From contig JAEZSE010000021.1 in the NCBI GenBank assembly GCA_023421955.1, positions 9,701-73,700 of the forward strand: a stretch of DNA of 64,000 nt. Reading direction: 5' to 3'. The position numbers and the translations under genes were made by a program. Under the pieces are notes generated by a model that had not been told where the DNA came from, ran no database searches, and was given only the letters and a program-made list of their open reading frames with translations. Origin of the DNA: Bacillota bacterium (GTDB taxonomy: Bacteria > Bacillota > Clostridia > Christensenellales > UMGS416). Below, one piece after another: positions 45,278 through 54,474 of this stretch (position 1 is the first letter of the stretch; every line of letters begins with the position of its first letter).

Positions 45278-46219
45278 ATGGAGCAGTCCACGCCCCTCCG
45301 CTTCTCAGACGTTGAGATGGAAGTAGCCAGGAACACCGATTTGCCCGACTTGCTCGCCAACCTGGGATATCATATCACTACCCTGGGCCGGTATCACTCC
45401 ACCACGGAGATGGACAGCCTGCGCATCAAAAACAGAAAAACCTGGTTCCGTTACTCGGAGCAGGTCGGCGGCGACGCCATCACCTTCCTCCAGCACTTCC
45501 ACAACATGAGCTTCCCGGATGCGGTGAAGCACCTCCTCGCCTTCAATGGATATTCACGCGACGCGTCCCTGGATGTTCTCCAACGCTCCCAGGCGCCACC
45601 GCCTGAGCCTGTCAAGGTCGAATTCGCACTGCCCGAAGCAAGCGCCGATAACCGCAGAGTCTTTGCCTACCTCCTGAAACGAGGCATCGCAAAGCAGGTT
45701 ATCGGCGCTTTTCTTGATTCCGGCTTGTTGTACGAGGACGCAAAATACCACAATTGCGTATTCGTCGGCAGGAACGCCGAAGACAAAGCGGTCTTCGCCA
45801 ACAAGCGCGGGACCTACGATCAGGACGGCTCCGGCTTCAAGGGTGATGAGCCGGGCAGCGATAAAGCCATAGCCTTTAGGCTACCCTGCGACCCGGATAT
45901 CGACACTGTTCACGTCTTCGAGGCGCCTATCGACCTCATGAGCTACATGACACTGCACCGGGATCTGACGAGCAACGCCGTCGCCCTGTGCTGCCTTCAT
46001 GACGGCGCGCTGGAAACCTACCTCAGCGAAAATCCCCATATCAAGCACATAATCCTCTGCCTGGACGCGGACAAGTGGGCGCAGGAAGCCATCCAACGCA
46101 TTCAGGCCAGGTACGAACCCCTGAGCTACACCGTCACAACCGACCTTCCCACCTGCGGGAAGGACTGGAACGAGCACCTGCAGATCAAGAAAGAAAAATC
46201 AAAAAATAAGGAGAGATAA
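45278..46219 (+). CDS. DUF3991 + Toprim domain protein (primase-like)
   Basis: N-terminal region with DAITFLQHF, then a Toprim core (VFEAPIDLMS ... LCLDAD). AAAGGAG lies upstream. Confidence 0.75.
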   Translation: MEQSTPLRFSDVEMEVARNTDLPDLLANLGYHITTLGRYHSTTEMDSLRIKNRKTWFRYSEQVGGDAITFLQHFHNMSFPDAVKHLLAFNGYSRDASLDVLQRSQAPPPEPVKVEFALPEASADNRRVFAYLLKRGIAKQVIGAFLDSGLLYEDAKYHNCVFVGRNAEDKAVFANKRGTYDQDGSGFKGDEPGSDKAIAFRLPCDPDIDTVHVFEAPIDLMSYMTLHRDLTSNAVALCCLHDGALETYLSENPHIKHIILCLDADKWAQEAIQRIQARYEPLSYTVTTDLPTCGKDWNEHLQIKKEKSKNKER

Positions 46220-46223
46220 ACCC

Positions 46224-46583
46224 ATGCTGAAGATCACCGCCATCGGCAACCTGACCAACAACGTCGAACTCAAGACCAACGAAACGACCGGCAAGCCCTA
46301 CGCCATCCTGCGCATCGCCAGCGACCGCCGCTACCGGGACAAGGACGGCAACAAGCTGACCGACTTTGTCTCCATCAAGGTGCGCGACGCGCTGGCCGAG
46401 CGCTGCGCGCAGTTCACCTACAAGGGCTGTAAGATCGCCGCCTACGGCGATTTCGAGACGATCACCTTCGACGATCCCTCTCGGCAGCCGGGCTTCCTCA
46501 TCAAGGCCAACGAGGTCGAGTTCCTCTCCCCCCGCAAGGCGGAGGACACCGCGCCCGCCGAACCCGACGAGCAGGCCGAGTAA
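46224..46583 (+). CDS. ssb: Single-stranded DNA-binding protein
   Basis: OB-fold pattern ITAIGNLT..VELK....GKPYA.LRIA...DF.SIKV with an acidic C-terminal tail. Confidence 0.8.
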   Translation: MLKITAIGNLTNNVELKTNETTGKPYAILRIASDRRYRDKDGNKLTDFVSIKVRDALAERCAQFTYKGCKIAAYGDFETITFDDPSRQPGFLIKANEVEFLSPRKAEDTAPAEPDEQAE

Positions 46584-46612
46584 ACTCTGCTAGAAAGGAT
46601 CGAGCTTTCCTC

Positions 46613-47566
46613 ATGAAAAACACAGGAACTGAATATCTGAGCACGGAGCGCACCCCCACGGTGCTGCCCGAGCTTTCGGAGCTGCTGCCGCCGCTCACGG
46701 ATGAGCAGTTTTCCTCTTTGGAAGCCGACATCCTGCAAAACGGCTGCTACAGCCCCGTCATCACCAATGAGGACCTCGTCGTCGTAGACGGCCACAACCG
46801 CATGGACATCTGCGAGGAACACGGCATCCCTTACCGGATCGCCGTGTTCCATTTCGAGGACATGCTGGAAGCCAAGCAATGGGCGCTGGATACGCAGAAA
46901 AGCCGGCGTAACCTTGATACATGGGAGTTGGGCCAGATCGCCCTCAAGCTCAAGCCGGATATCGAGGCCAAGGCTATGGAACGAAAAGCAGCCAACGGCG
47001 GCGACAAGAAAAGCGATGCTGCGAAATCGGAGCCGGCAATGTTGCCGGCTCCGATTTCTGAAAAGGGGGAAACCCGCAAACAGCTTGCTGATGCTGTCGG
47101 CCTAGGTGAACGGACGATGGGCAAGGTCATGCAGATCGACGAAAGTGCCCCCGCAGCCATCAAGGAGGCTCTTAACAAAAAGGAAATCTCGGTTAACAAG
47201 GGCTACGATCTGACCAAGCAGCTTCAGGATGTGCCGGAGGATCAGAGGGAGGCCGCGGCCGCCAAGATTCTGGAAGCCGAAAAGACCGTCCAGGAGAAGG
47301 ACGCCGAGGTCGAACGCAAGGGCCGGATCGCCAAACAGATCTGCACGGCCTTTGAAAAAAGCTTCCTCATGCAACCCACCGAGGAAAACATCCGCATCTG
47401 GATCGATTACGCGGGCATCCGCTCCGACATGGTGGACGATATGATCGGCCAGGCGGAGGAACTCTCGGCCCGTTACGCCCGCTTCGCCGAGATTCTGAAG
47501 GAAATCAAGCCCACGGATTGGAGGGCCACCGATGAAACGGAAACCGACGATACCCCCGAAGGCTAA
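46613..47566 (+). CDS. ParB-like nuclease (ParB/Srx) domain protein
   Basis: N-terminal ParB/Srx motif VVVDGHNR, then a helical, charged C-terminal half. Confidence 0.75.
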   Translation: MKNTGTEYLSTERTPTVLPELSELLPPLTDEQFSSLEADILQNGCYSPVITNEDLVVVDGHNRMDICEEHGIPYRIAVFHFEDMLEAKQWALDTQKSRRNLDTWELGQIALKLKPDIEAKAMERKAANGGDKKSDAAKSEPAMLPAPISEKGETRKQLADAVGLGERTMGKVMQIDESAPAAIKEALNKKEISVNKGYDLTKQLQDVPEDQREAAAAKILEAEKTVQEKDAEVERKGRIAKQICTAFEKSFLMQPTEENIRIWIDYAGIRSDMVDDMIGQAEELSARYARFAEILKEIKPTDWRATDETETDDTPEG

Positions 47567-47948
47567 GGCTGAAATCGCCGACGTCCTCGGGCGGCAGGGC
47601 CGCATCAACAACGACGAGCTGGACTTCATCCTGCGGAAACACCGGGTTCACAGCAACCCGCGAGACCTTCAACGCAGCTACCGGCTGCGCGTGGGCCAGC
47701 GGCTACTCGCCGGCGTCCGGGATGAAACCGGCCGCCGTGAAATCCTCGCCCACCATGACCCGAAAACCGGCGAGGTCGTCTACATCCCCATCGACCTGTG
47801 CAACGAGGAAGACGTGCTGGAGGCCATACAAAACAGGCTTCACAAAACCATTTCCAGCCTGCAGATCTCATCCGGCAAGGCAGCCAACCGGACAAAAAGG
47901 CTGCATTGGCTGAAAAGACCTTTCGAAAGGATGGGACGAAGAAGATGA
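47532..47948 (+). CDS. Hypothetical protein (element backbone)
   Basis: 138-aa basic ORF that overlaps the preceding gene. Its stop overlaps the next start (ATGA). Confidence 0.5.
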   Translation: MKRKPTIPPKAKAEIADVLGRQGRINNDELDFILRKHRVHSNPRDLQRSYRLRVGQRLLAGVRDETGRREILAHHDPKTGEVVYIPIDLCNEEDVLEAIQNRLHKTISSLQISSGKAANRTKRLHWLKRPFERMGRRR

Positions 47949-48514
47949 GCGATACAGGAAACGGCGAAGGCAAGGTATCCGCATACATCGGGCACATCAA
48001 CCGCCACATTTTGCCCTACGTGGATTTCAGCAAGCTCAATGCCTCGTATGCATCCCAGGACAAGGAATACGCCAAGCAAATGCTGGCGTCGCTGCATCAG
48101 GCGTTTGTGCAAACGTATGGCGGCATCGATGTGGACGAATATACCTGCGGTGAAAGCATCATGGCGCCCGCGGTCATCAAGGCGCGAAACAGCGGCGAGC
48201 TCTGCGTGGGCCTGGTCACATTGGACCTGACCTCTTCCGGCGAGCATTGGGGCACCGACTTTTTCACGGAATACGGCGTCATCCCGGACGATGAGATCGA
48301 CCGGGATGTGCTCCGTCCGCGCATCGACCGGTTCATCCCGTATGACTATTGGTATACGGTCCAGATAGAGCGCGACGTCCATGTGGACTTTGATAAAGTT
48401 CCGCAGGACGTTGCCGAACTGCTCAGTTCCTTTGATACAGCCCCTGTGATCGGGTCTCCATCTCATAAACAGACAAAAGCAAAAACAGCAAACAAGGAGG
48501 GCCGCGCCAAATGA
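47945..48514 (+). CDS. Hypothetical protein (element backbone)
   Basis: 189-aa ORF starting MSDTGNGEGK, translationally coupled on both sides (ATGA overlaps). Confidence 0.55.
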   Translation: MSDTGNGEGKVSAYIGHINRHILPYVDFSKLNASYASQDKEYAKQMLASLHQAFVQTYGGIDVDEYTCGESIMAPAVIKARNSGELCVGLVTLDLTSSGEHWGTDFFTEYGVIPDDEIDRDVLRPRIDRFIPYDYWYTVQIERDVHVDFDKVPQDVAELLSSFDTAPVIGSPSHKQTKAKTANKEGRAK

Positions 48515-49428
48515 TAAATGAAGAATTGAGCGAGCTCACAAAAAAGGACAATCTGGTTAGGGGATATGTCTATCCATATCAGGGCATCCGAGACGAGTAC
48601 CTGTTCGAGCATTCCCCGTCCAACATCGCCAACTTCATCATGCTGCACGGGAAAGCGCGGGAGATCATCCTGACCGATATGCTGGACAATCTCATTTTGA
48701 ACACCATCGGCAACTTCATCGACCGCTGCCCGGACCAGACCCTGCTTCCCCGGATTCTGGAACACCTCATCCCCATGCAGACGGGCCAGCGAAAGCCCAA
48801 AGATATCTCGGCTGCCACCATGAAGGAGGTCAATGACTTCTACGAGGTGCAGGCCAGAGCTGCGGAATTCGATCCGATGCCCGAGCCGCCTCCTGATAGA
48901 GAAGCTCCCGCGGACGCCGGCTTCCATACGGTCCGGCTGGTTTCTCCGCTGCGCGTCTCAGCCTTCGATCCCGAGATCGACGAGTTCAACTACACTCCCA
49001 CACCTGTAAGCACCGCAGCTCCCTATGCCGACGAGATCAACCAGGCCATTGCGGGTAGCCTGGCAACAGAAACTCCGCGCGGGCTCATGGACTATTGGGA
49101 CGGTTCGGACGCCGTCGGAGAGAAGGTCGTCAGCCTCAAGCCTTCCATAGACTTTGTCGACGGCGAGCTGATGGGCTTATGCGACATGGCCTGCAAGGAC
49201 GGGCTGACGCCTGGCGAGTTGGCTGAAGTCAAGGATTACCTGAGCGGCCAGTACAGCGACGGCTGGGGTGAAGGGTTTGAACAACGCCCGATCAAAACGC
49301 CGGACGGAGAGCTTTACATCAGCTTCTGGAACTCGGAGAACTTCACCATTCGAACCGAACTGGAGCACAGCCGCGCTCACGCCCCGGTCACGCCAACCAA
49401 GTCGAAGCACCGCGACCCGCAGCGGTGA
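48511..49428 (+). CDS. Hypothetical two-domain protein (element backbone)
   Basis: 305-aa ORF with a Pro-rich linker in the middle. No motif recognised. Confidence 0.55.
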   Translation: MINEELSELTKKDNLVRGYVYPYQGIRDEYLFEHSPSNIANFIMLHGKAREIILTDMLDNLILNTIGNFIDRCPDQTLLPRILEHLIPMQTGQRKPKDISAATMKEVNDFYEVQARAAEFDPMPEPPPDREAPADAGFHTVRLVSPLRVSAFDPEIDEFNYTPTPVSTAAPYADEINQAIAGSLATETPRGLMDYWDGSDAVGEKVVSLKPSIDFVDGELMGLCDMACKDGLTPGELAEVKDYLSGQYSDGWGEGFEQRPIKTPDGELYISFWNSENFTIRTELEHSRAHAPVTPTKSKHRDPQR

Positions 49429-49479
49429 GCCGGCAGCAGCCCATTGGGCCTTCCGGCCCAGGAAAGGAGAATCATCCAT

Positions 49480-50259
49480 ATGGAAACCATCACTTCACCT
49501 CCCATCATGGAGAACGAAAACGTCCGTGAGCTTCTGTCCCTCCTGAAGGAAAACCGCGCTCCCACCATGCAGGATTTGCTCGACGTGCTCACCTATGTCG
49601 CCGAAATGGAACGGCAGTTCGGCGAGGCGCTGAACGAGCTGCAGGGCATACGGCAGGAACTGAGCGCGGCGCAGAAGTACAACCACCCGGCCAAGGCCAC
49701 GCTACAAAACGCGGTCAAAACAGTGGAGGAAAACGTCGCTACCCTGCGGGAACAGCTCGAGGCGATCAAGCAGAGCGTCATCGACGGCTGCAGGAATGCC
49801 GTAGCCGCCTTCAAGGAAAAAGGAATCGCCGCCATGGACAACATCGCCCGGTTCGTCAAAATCAAGCCCATGCTCGAATCCATGCGGGACAACCTGGCGA
49901 AAACGATCCAAACCGAAGACAAGGCGCTGGCCGCCATCGATACGGTCAGCGCCGAATATCACCAGGCCGGACGCCACGTGAAAAACATCATTCGCGCCGT
50001 GGCCGGAAAAGAGGCCGCACAGGACGTCAAGCCTGCCGGCAAGCTAGCGCGGGCGCTGCGCGCGCCTTTCCAACTGCTGCGTGCCGGCCATATGGCCATG
50101 AAGGACACGGTGGGACGGACCATCGGCAAGCTGGCCCAACTGGAGAAGGCCGCGGAGCGCAAGCCCTCGGTGGAAAAGACCATGCGGAAGTACCGCGAAC
50201 AGGCTCAGAAGGCCCCCAAGGCGCGTCCCGCTCCTAACGTCCACAGGGACGCCCGTTAG
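49480..50259 (+). CDS. Coiled-coil hypothetical protein (DUF6674-like)
   Basis: Long heptad-like helical sequence and a basic tail. AGGAGA lies upstream of METITS. Confidence 0.5.
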   Translation: METITSPPIMENENVRELLSLLKENRAPTMQDLLDVLTYVAEMERQFGEALNELQGIRQELSAAQKYNHPAKATLQNAVKTVEENVATLREQLEAIKQSVIDGCRNAVAAFKEKGIAAMDNIARFVKIKPMLESMRDNLAKTIQTEDKALAAIDTVSAEYHQAGRHVKNIIRAVAGKEAAQDVKPAGKLARALRAPFQLLRAGHMAMKDTVGRTIGKLAQLEKAAERKPSVEKTMRKYREQAQKAPKARPAPNVHRDAR

Positions 50260-50269
50260 GGGGATTCGC

Positions 50270-51202
50270 ATGGAACCCATCATCATTGGCATCGACCACG
50301 GCAACGCGGCCATGAAAACCCGCGGCTTCTGTTTCCCCTCCGGCATCGTGGAGTATGAGCACGAGCCATATACCAGCAAAGATGTGCTGGAATACGAGGG
50401 CCGGTTCTACGTCTGCGGCAGCGGCCGCCAGCCGCTCCTCCGGGACAAGACCCAAAACGACAGCTTCTATCTGCTCACACTGGCGGCGCTTGCCAAGGAA
50501 ATCGAAGCCAGGACGGGCGGCGGCAGAGCCTCGGTCATCGTTGCCGTGGGCCTGCCGCTGACCAGTTTTGGCAGAGAAAAAAAGAAGTTCAGGCGCTATC
50601 TCCTGCGCGATGGCGCACCGATCTGCTACCGTTACGAGGGCAAGCCATATGAGGTGACCATCGAAAACGTGCTGCTCTTCCCCCAGGGGTATGCGGCCGT
50701 TCTATCCCACATGGAACTGCTCTCGGGCGAGCCTTCCGTGATCCTCGCGGACATCGGCGGCTGGACGGTGGACGTCATGCGGCTGGACAACGGCATGCCC
50801 GACGCTTCCGCCTGCCGCAGCCTGGAACTCGGCATGATCCGCTGCCTCGATGAGATCGGGGAGCAGATCAGGCGCCGCATGGGGCTGTCACTGACCGCGG
50901 CGCAGATCGAAACCGTGCTGCGGGACGAATCCTGCGGCGTGGGCGAAGGGGCGAAGGAGATCGTCAAAATCGAAGGGCGCCGGTATGCCCAGCGGCTCCT
51001 GTCCGCCATCGCCGAAAGCGGCCTGGACACACGGGCCATGCCCGTCATCTTCATGGGCGGCGGCGCTGCGGTTATGAAGCGCCACGTGACGCCGCAGGAC
51101 GGCCTGTGCCGCGTGATCCCCCTCGAGGACGTATGTGCCAACGCCAAGGGCTATGAGCGTCTTGCGGGCCAATTGTCGCGGGGTGACGGGCATGCCGGAT
51201 GA
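50270..51202 (+). CDS. parM: ParM/StbA-family actin-like segregation ATPase
   Basis: Actin-fold phosphate-1 motif IIGIDHGNAAMK and phosphate-2/adenosine motif ILADIGGWTVDV. Confidence 0.8.
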   Translation: MEPIIIGIDHGNAAMKTRGFCFPSGIVEYEHEPYTSKDVLEYEGRFYVCGSGRQPLLRDKTQNDSFYLLTLAALAKEIEARTGGGRASVIVAVGLPLTSFGREKKKFRRYLLRDGAPICYRYEGKPYEVTIENVLLFPQGYAAVLSHMELLSGEPSVILADIGGWTVDVMRLDNGMPDASACRSLELGMIRCLDEIGEQIRRRMGLSLTAAQIETVLRDESCGVGEGAKEIVKIEGRRYAQRLLSAIAESGLDTRAMPVIFMGGGAAVMKRHVTPQDGLCRVIPLEDVCANAKGYERLAGQLSRGDGHAG

Positions 51203-51503
51203 AAAGCACAGGCTGAACCTCGCGCTGGACATGCGGATCGGGGATCATCGGCAGGCATGGGAAATCCTCTCCGCAATCCCCCGCGGGCGGCGGACGGACG
51301 CCGTCTGCAGGATGCTGATCGAGCATCGGGAGCAGTCCAGCCTCCAGAAGATCATCCAAAAGGCAGTACGGGAGGAACTGCGGGCATACGGCGGGCCGCC
51401 CGCCGGAACGACAACTCCAGAACATGCTCCGAAAGCCGGGGAAGTCAGAGATGACATCCTCGGCTTTTTGGTTGCCTTGCAAAAAGAAGGTGATGAAGAC
51501 TGA
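51192..51503 (+). CDS. Small DNA-binding adaptor candidate (ParR-like)
   Basis: 103-aa ORF overlapping the parM stop. The call rests on position and size only. Confidence 0.4.
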   Translation: MPDEKHRLNLALDMRIGDHRQAWEILSAIPRGRRTDAVCRMLIEHREQSSLQKIIQKAVREELRAYGGPPAGTTTPEHAPKAGEVRDDILGFLVALQKEGDED

Positions 51504-51517
51504 TACGCTACTTCGAT

Positions 51518-52714
51518 ATGTTCGCGGGGATCGGCGGCTTCCGGGCAGGGCTGTCCCTGCTCGACGGCTTCGAGTGCGTCGGCCACTGCGAGATCGACGC
51601 CCACGCCGACAATAGCTACCGCGCCATCCATAACCCGAAAGAAAGCGAGGTGTTCTACGCTGACGCCAGAACCATCGAACCGGGCGGTATGCCCGGCTTC
51701 GACCTGCTCTGCGGAGGATTCCCCTGCCAGAGCTTTTCTCTCGCCGGCAAGCGGCGAGGCTTCGATGATGCCAGAGGCACTCTTTTCTTTGAGATTGCCC
51801 GCTTGGCTCGAGCGAAGCACCCTTCGTATCTTCTGCTTGAAAACGTTCCGGGACTGCTATCGCATGACGAAGGCCGGACGTTTGCAACCATCCTCGCCAC
51901 GCTTTGCGACCTGGGGTACGGCCTGGAATGGCAGGTGCTTAACAGCAAGGATTTCGGAGTGCCCCAGTCCCGACGCCGGGTGTTCCTTATCGGATATCTT
52001 GATACCCGATGCGCCGGAAAGGTACTTCCTGTCCGAGAGGCAAATGGAAAGACTCTTGTACAGCTCATCGGCGGCCCCCACGGCTCAAGGGTATATGACC
52101 CCGCCGGACTGAGCTGCACGCTGACCGCGGACACTGGTGGCTTCGGCGGAAAGACCGGGCTGTATGTCGTAGGGTACCACGGGAAAACCGGACCGGCCGC
52201 AGCACATGGACCGGAAGATCCGCTCCGGCCATCTTCGTTCGTCGATCTCTCCCGCGGGAAGGCGAAGCTCACCGGTGCGGCTCGCTGCCTGACATCCAAC
52301 TACGGAAAGGCCGGCATCGGCAACCACAAGGCAGAATCGTCCGGCGTGCTGCTTGTTCGGGAAGGGACCAGGAAAGGTTACGCGGAAGCGCTGCCGGGTT
52401 ACAGCATCGACATCGGATACGCGGGCAGGAAGACCCGTGCCGGCCGCGTGAACAGTGTGTTCGCCCATGACGTGGCCGTGGGCGGCAATCAAGCCATCAT
52501 GACGGTGAACGGGCGCATCCGGCGCCTGACGCCGCGGGAGTGCCTGCGTTTACAGGGGTTCGCCGAGGACCAAATCGACCGGATGCTGGCCGTCACGTCA
52601 GATTCGCAGGCATACAAACAGGCGGGCAATTCCGTCACCGTCAACGTGATCCGCGCGCTGGGCCTGCGTATCAAGGCTATGGACGATGTACTGCGTGAGG
52701 GTGATGCTCCATGA
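51518..52714 (+). CDS. dcm: DNA (cytosine-5)-methyltransferase, orphan
   Basis: Motif I FAGIGGF, motif IV GGFPCQSFS, motif VI ENVPGLL, motif X QAGNSVTVNV. The true start may be the CTG/ATA at 51500-51503. No adjacent endonuclease. Confidence 0.9.
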   Translation: MFAGIGGFRAGLSLLDGFECVGHCEIDAHADNSYRAIHNPKESEVFYADARTIEPGGMPGFDLLCGGFPCQSFSLAGKRRGFDDARGTLFFEIARLARAKHPSYLLLENVPGLLSHDEGRTFATILATLCDLGYGLEWQVLNSKDFGVPQSRRRVFLIGYLDTRCAGKVLPVREANGKTLVQLIGGPHGSRVYDPAGLSCTLTADTGGFGGKTGLYVVGYHGKTGPAAAHGPEDPLRPSSFVDLSRGKAKLTGAARCLTSNYGKAGIGNHKAESSGVLLVREGTRKGYAEALPGYSIDIGYAGRKTRAGRVNSVFAHDVAVGGNQAIMTVNGRIRRLTPRECLRLQGFAEDQIDRMLAVTSDSQAYKQAGNSVTVNVIRALGLRIKAMDDVLREGDAP

Positions 52715-53661
52715 TCAAACAACAATGCTTCGGCGTGGAGATCGAAATGACCGGCATCACCCGCGAACAGGCGGCAAGGGCCGTGGCCGGCTATTTCAAC
52801 GCGGCTGGCCGGAACATCAGCGGTTCCTACACTTGGAGCGTCACGGACAACGAGGGAAAGGCATGGAAGATCGTAAGCGATGGCAGCATCGAGCCCGAAA
52901 TCAAATCCGGGGATACGTATATTCGAACCGCCAACAGTGAATACGCTGTCGAGCTTGTCACGCCAAAACTGACCTACGAGGAACTGCCCAAGCTGCAGGA
53001 GGTCGTCCGCACGCTGCGTCATGCAGGCGCTAAGGTTAACGAATCCTGCGGCCTGCACTGCCATATCGACGCAGCCAATCACAACCGCCAGAGCCTCAAG
53101 AATCTCATCGGCATCATGTATTCCAAGGAGGACATTCTGTTCAAGGCGCTGCAGGTCAACGAGAGCCGCTCCGCCCGTTACTGCCAGAAAGTCCGCGAGC
53201 CCATGCTGGAAAAAGCACGCCGGCTCTCCTCTGATGAAACCAAGGACTATACAAAGCTGGAGAGCATCTGGTACGAGGGCAACGTCAACACCACAGAGCA
53301 CTACAATTGGACACGTTATTACGCACTCAATTTACATTCTGTTTTTTACAGGGGTACTGTCGAGTTCCGCATGTTTAACTCGACGCTCCACGCCGGGCGC
53401 GTGGCCGCTTACGTGAACCTGTGCCTGGCCATTTCCGCTCAGGCCATCACTCAGCGCAGCACCGTCATGCAAAAGACCCAATCCGACAATGAGAAATTCA
53501 CGTTCCGGGTTTGGCTGGTTCGCCTGGGGCTCAACGGCGACGAATTCAAGAACACGCGCGACCACCTTCTGGCCAATCTGGAAGGCGACAGGGCGTGGAG
53601 ATATGACCGGGATAGCTACGAAAAACGAAAAGCCAAGAAGCCAAAAGAGATAGAGAGGTGA
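52711..53661 (+). CDS. Amidoligase family protein (Amidoligase_2, glutamine-synthetase-like fold)
   Basis: N-terminal FGVEIEMTG, VELVTP and GLHCHID motifs typical of the putative amidoligase family. The ATGA overlap joins it to the dcm stop. Confidence 0.75.
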   Translation: MIKQQCFGVEIEMTGITREQAARAVAGYFNAAGRNISGSYTWSVTDNEGKAWKIVSDGSIEPEIKSGDTYIRTANSEYAVELVTPKLTYEELPKLQEVVRTLRHAGAKVNESCGLHCHIDAANHNRQSLKNLIGIMYSKEDILFKALQVNESRSARYCQKVREPMLEKARRLSSDETKDYTKLESIWYEGNVNTTEHYNWTRYYALNLHSVFYRGTVEFRMFNSTLHAGRVAAYVNLCLAISAQAITQRSTVMQKTQSDNEKFTFRVWLVRLGLNGDEFKNTRDHLLANLEGDRAWRYDRDSYEKRKAKKPKEIER

Positions 53662-53667
53662 AACGGC

Positions 53668-53919
53668 ATGAAGATACGGATCGACGAAGACGTCTACGAG
53701 GGCTCCCCGGCCGATATCATCGACGACCTGCGGGAGCAGAGCCTCCACAAGGACGAATTCCCGAACACAAATAGCTTCCTCCGGTATATGCGCGACAGCT
53801 TCGTCCGTCTGACGGACATGCCATGCGAGCTGCCCGAGGGCGCCATCGACATCCGCGCCAGAGCGATGTTGGAGCAACTGGCGAATATCGACGCCCTCGA
53901 GATTCTGGAGAGCAACTGA
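53668..53919 (+). CDS. Small acidic hypothetical protein (83 aa)
   Basis: GAGAGAGG lies upstream. The stop overlaps the next start (TGATG). Confidence 0.55.
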   Translation: MKIRIDEDVYEGSPADIIDDLREQSLHKDEFPNTNSFLRYMRDSFVRLTDMPCELPEGAIDIRARAMLEQLANIDALEILESN

Positions 53920-54458
53920 TGGAAGAAACGCTTTACTTTTCCTACGGCTCCAACATCGACCTCAAGCAGATGGCCGTCCGCTGCCCGGCGGCAACGCCGG
54001 TACGCCCGGTGGTACTGGACAACTACCGGCTGGCCTTCCGCGGAAACCTGGGGTTCAACGGCGTGGCGACGATCCTGCCCGCGCGAAGCGAGAAGGTCTA
54101 CGGGTTGCTGTGGCGGATCACACCCGCTGATGAAAGGGCGCTCGACCGGTACGAGGGCTATCCCAATCTGTACGGCAAGGAGCGGATCACCGTACGTGAC
54201 CGGGACGGCAACACGTATACCGTCATGGCTTACATTATGACGCGAGAGCACATCCGAGAGCCTGCCGAGCCGTCCGAACCCTACTTCCAAGGCATCGTCA
54301 ATGGGTACCGTGAGAACGGCCTGCCCGCGCGGCCGCTGTTCGAGGCGCTGCAGCGGACACGCATCGAACTCGCCGAATTGGATGCGCAATCCTTCCGGCC
54401 CGAACCGAACCCGCCCTGGAAGCCTCGCTCCCACAAGAAAAGCGATCCCCAACGATAG
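53919..54458 (+). CDS. Gamma-glutamylcyclotransferase (AIG2/GGCT-like) family protein
   Basis: N-terminal YFSYGSN motif, and YEGYP..Y in the core. Confidence 0.75.
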   Translation: MEETLYFSYGSNIDLKQMAVRCPAATPVRPVVLDNYRLAFRGNLGFNGVATILPARSEKVYGLLWRITPADERALDRYEGYPNLYGKERITVRDRDGNTYTVMAYIMTREHIREPAEPSEPYFQGIVNGYRENGLPARPLFEALQRTRIELAELDAQSFRPEPNPPWKPRSHKKSDPQR

Positions 54459-54474
54459 AAAAGGAGAATGGAAC

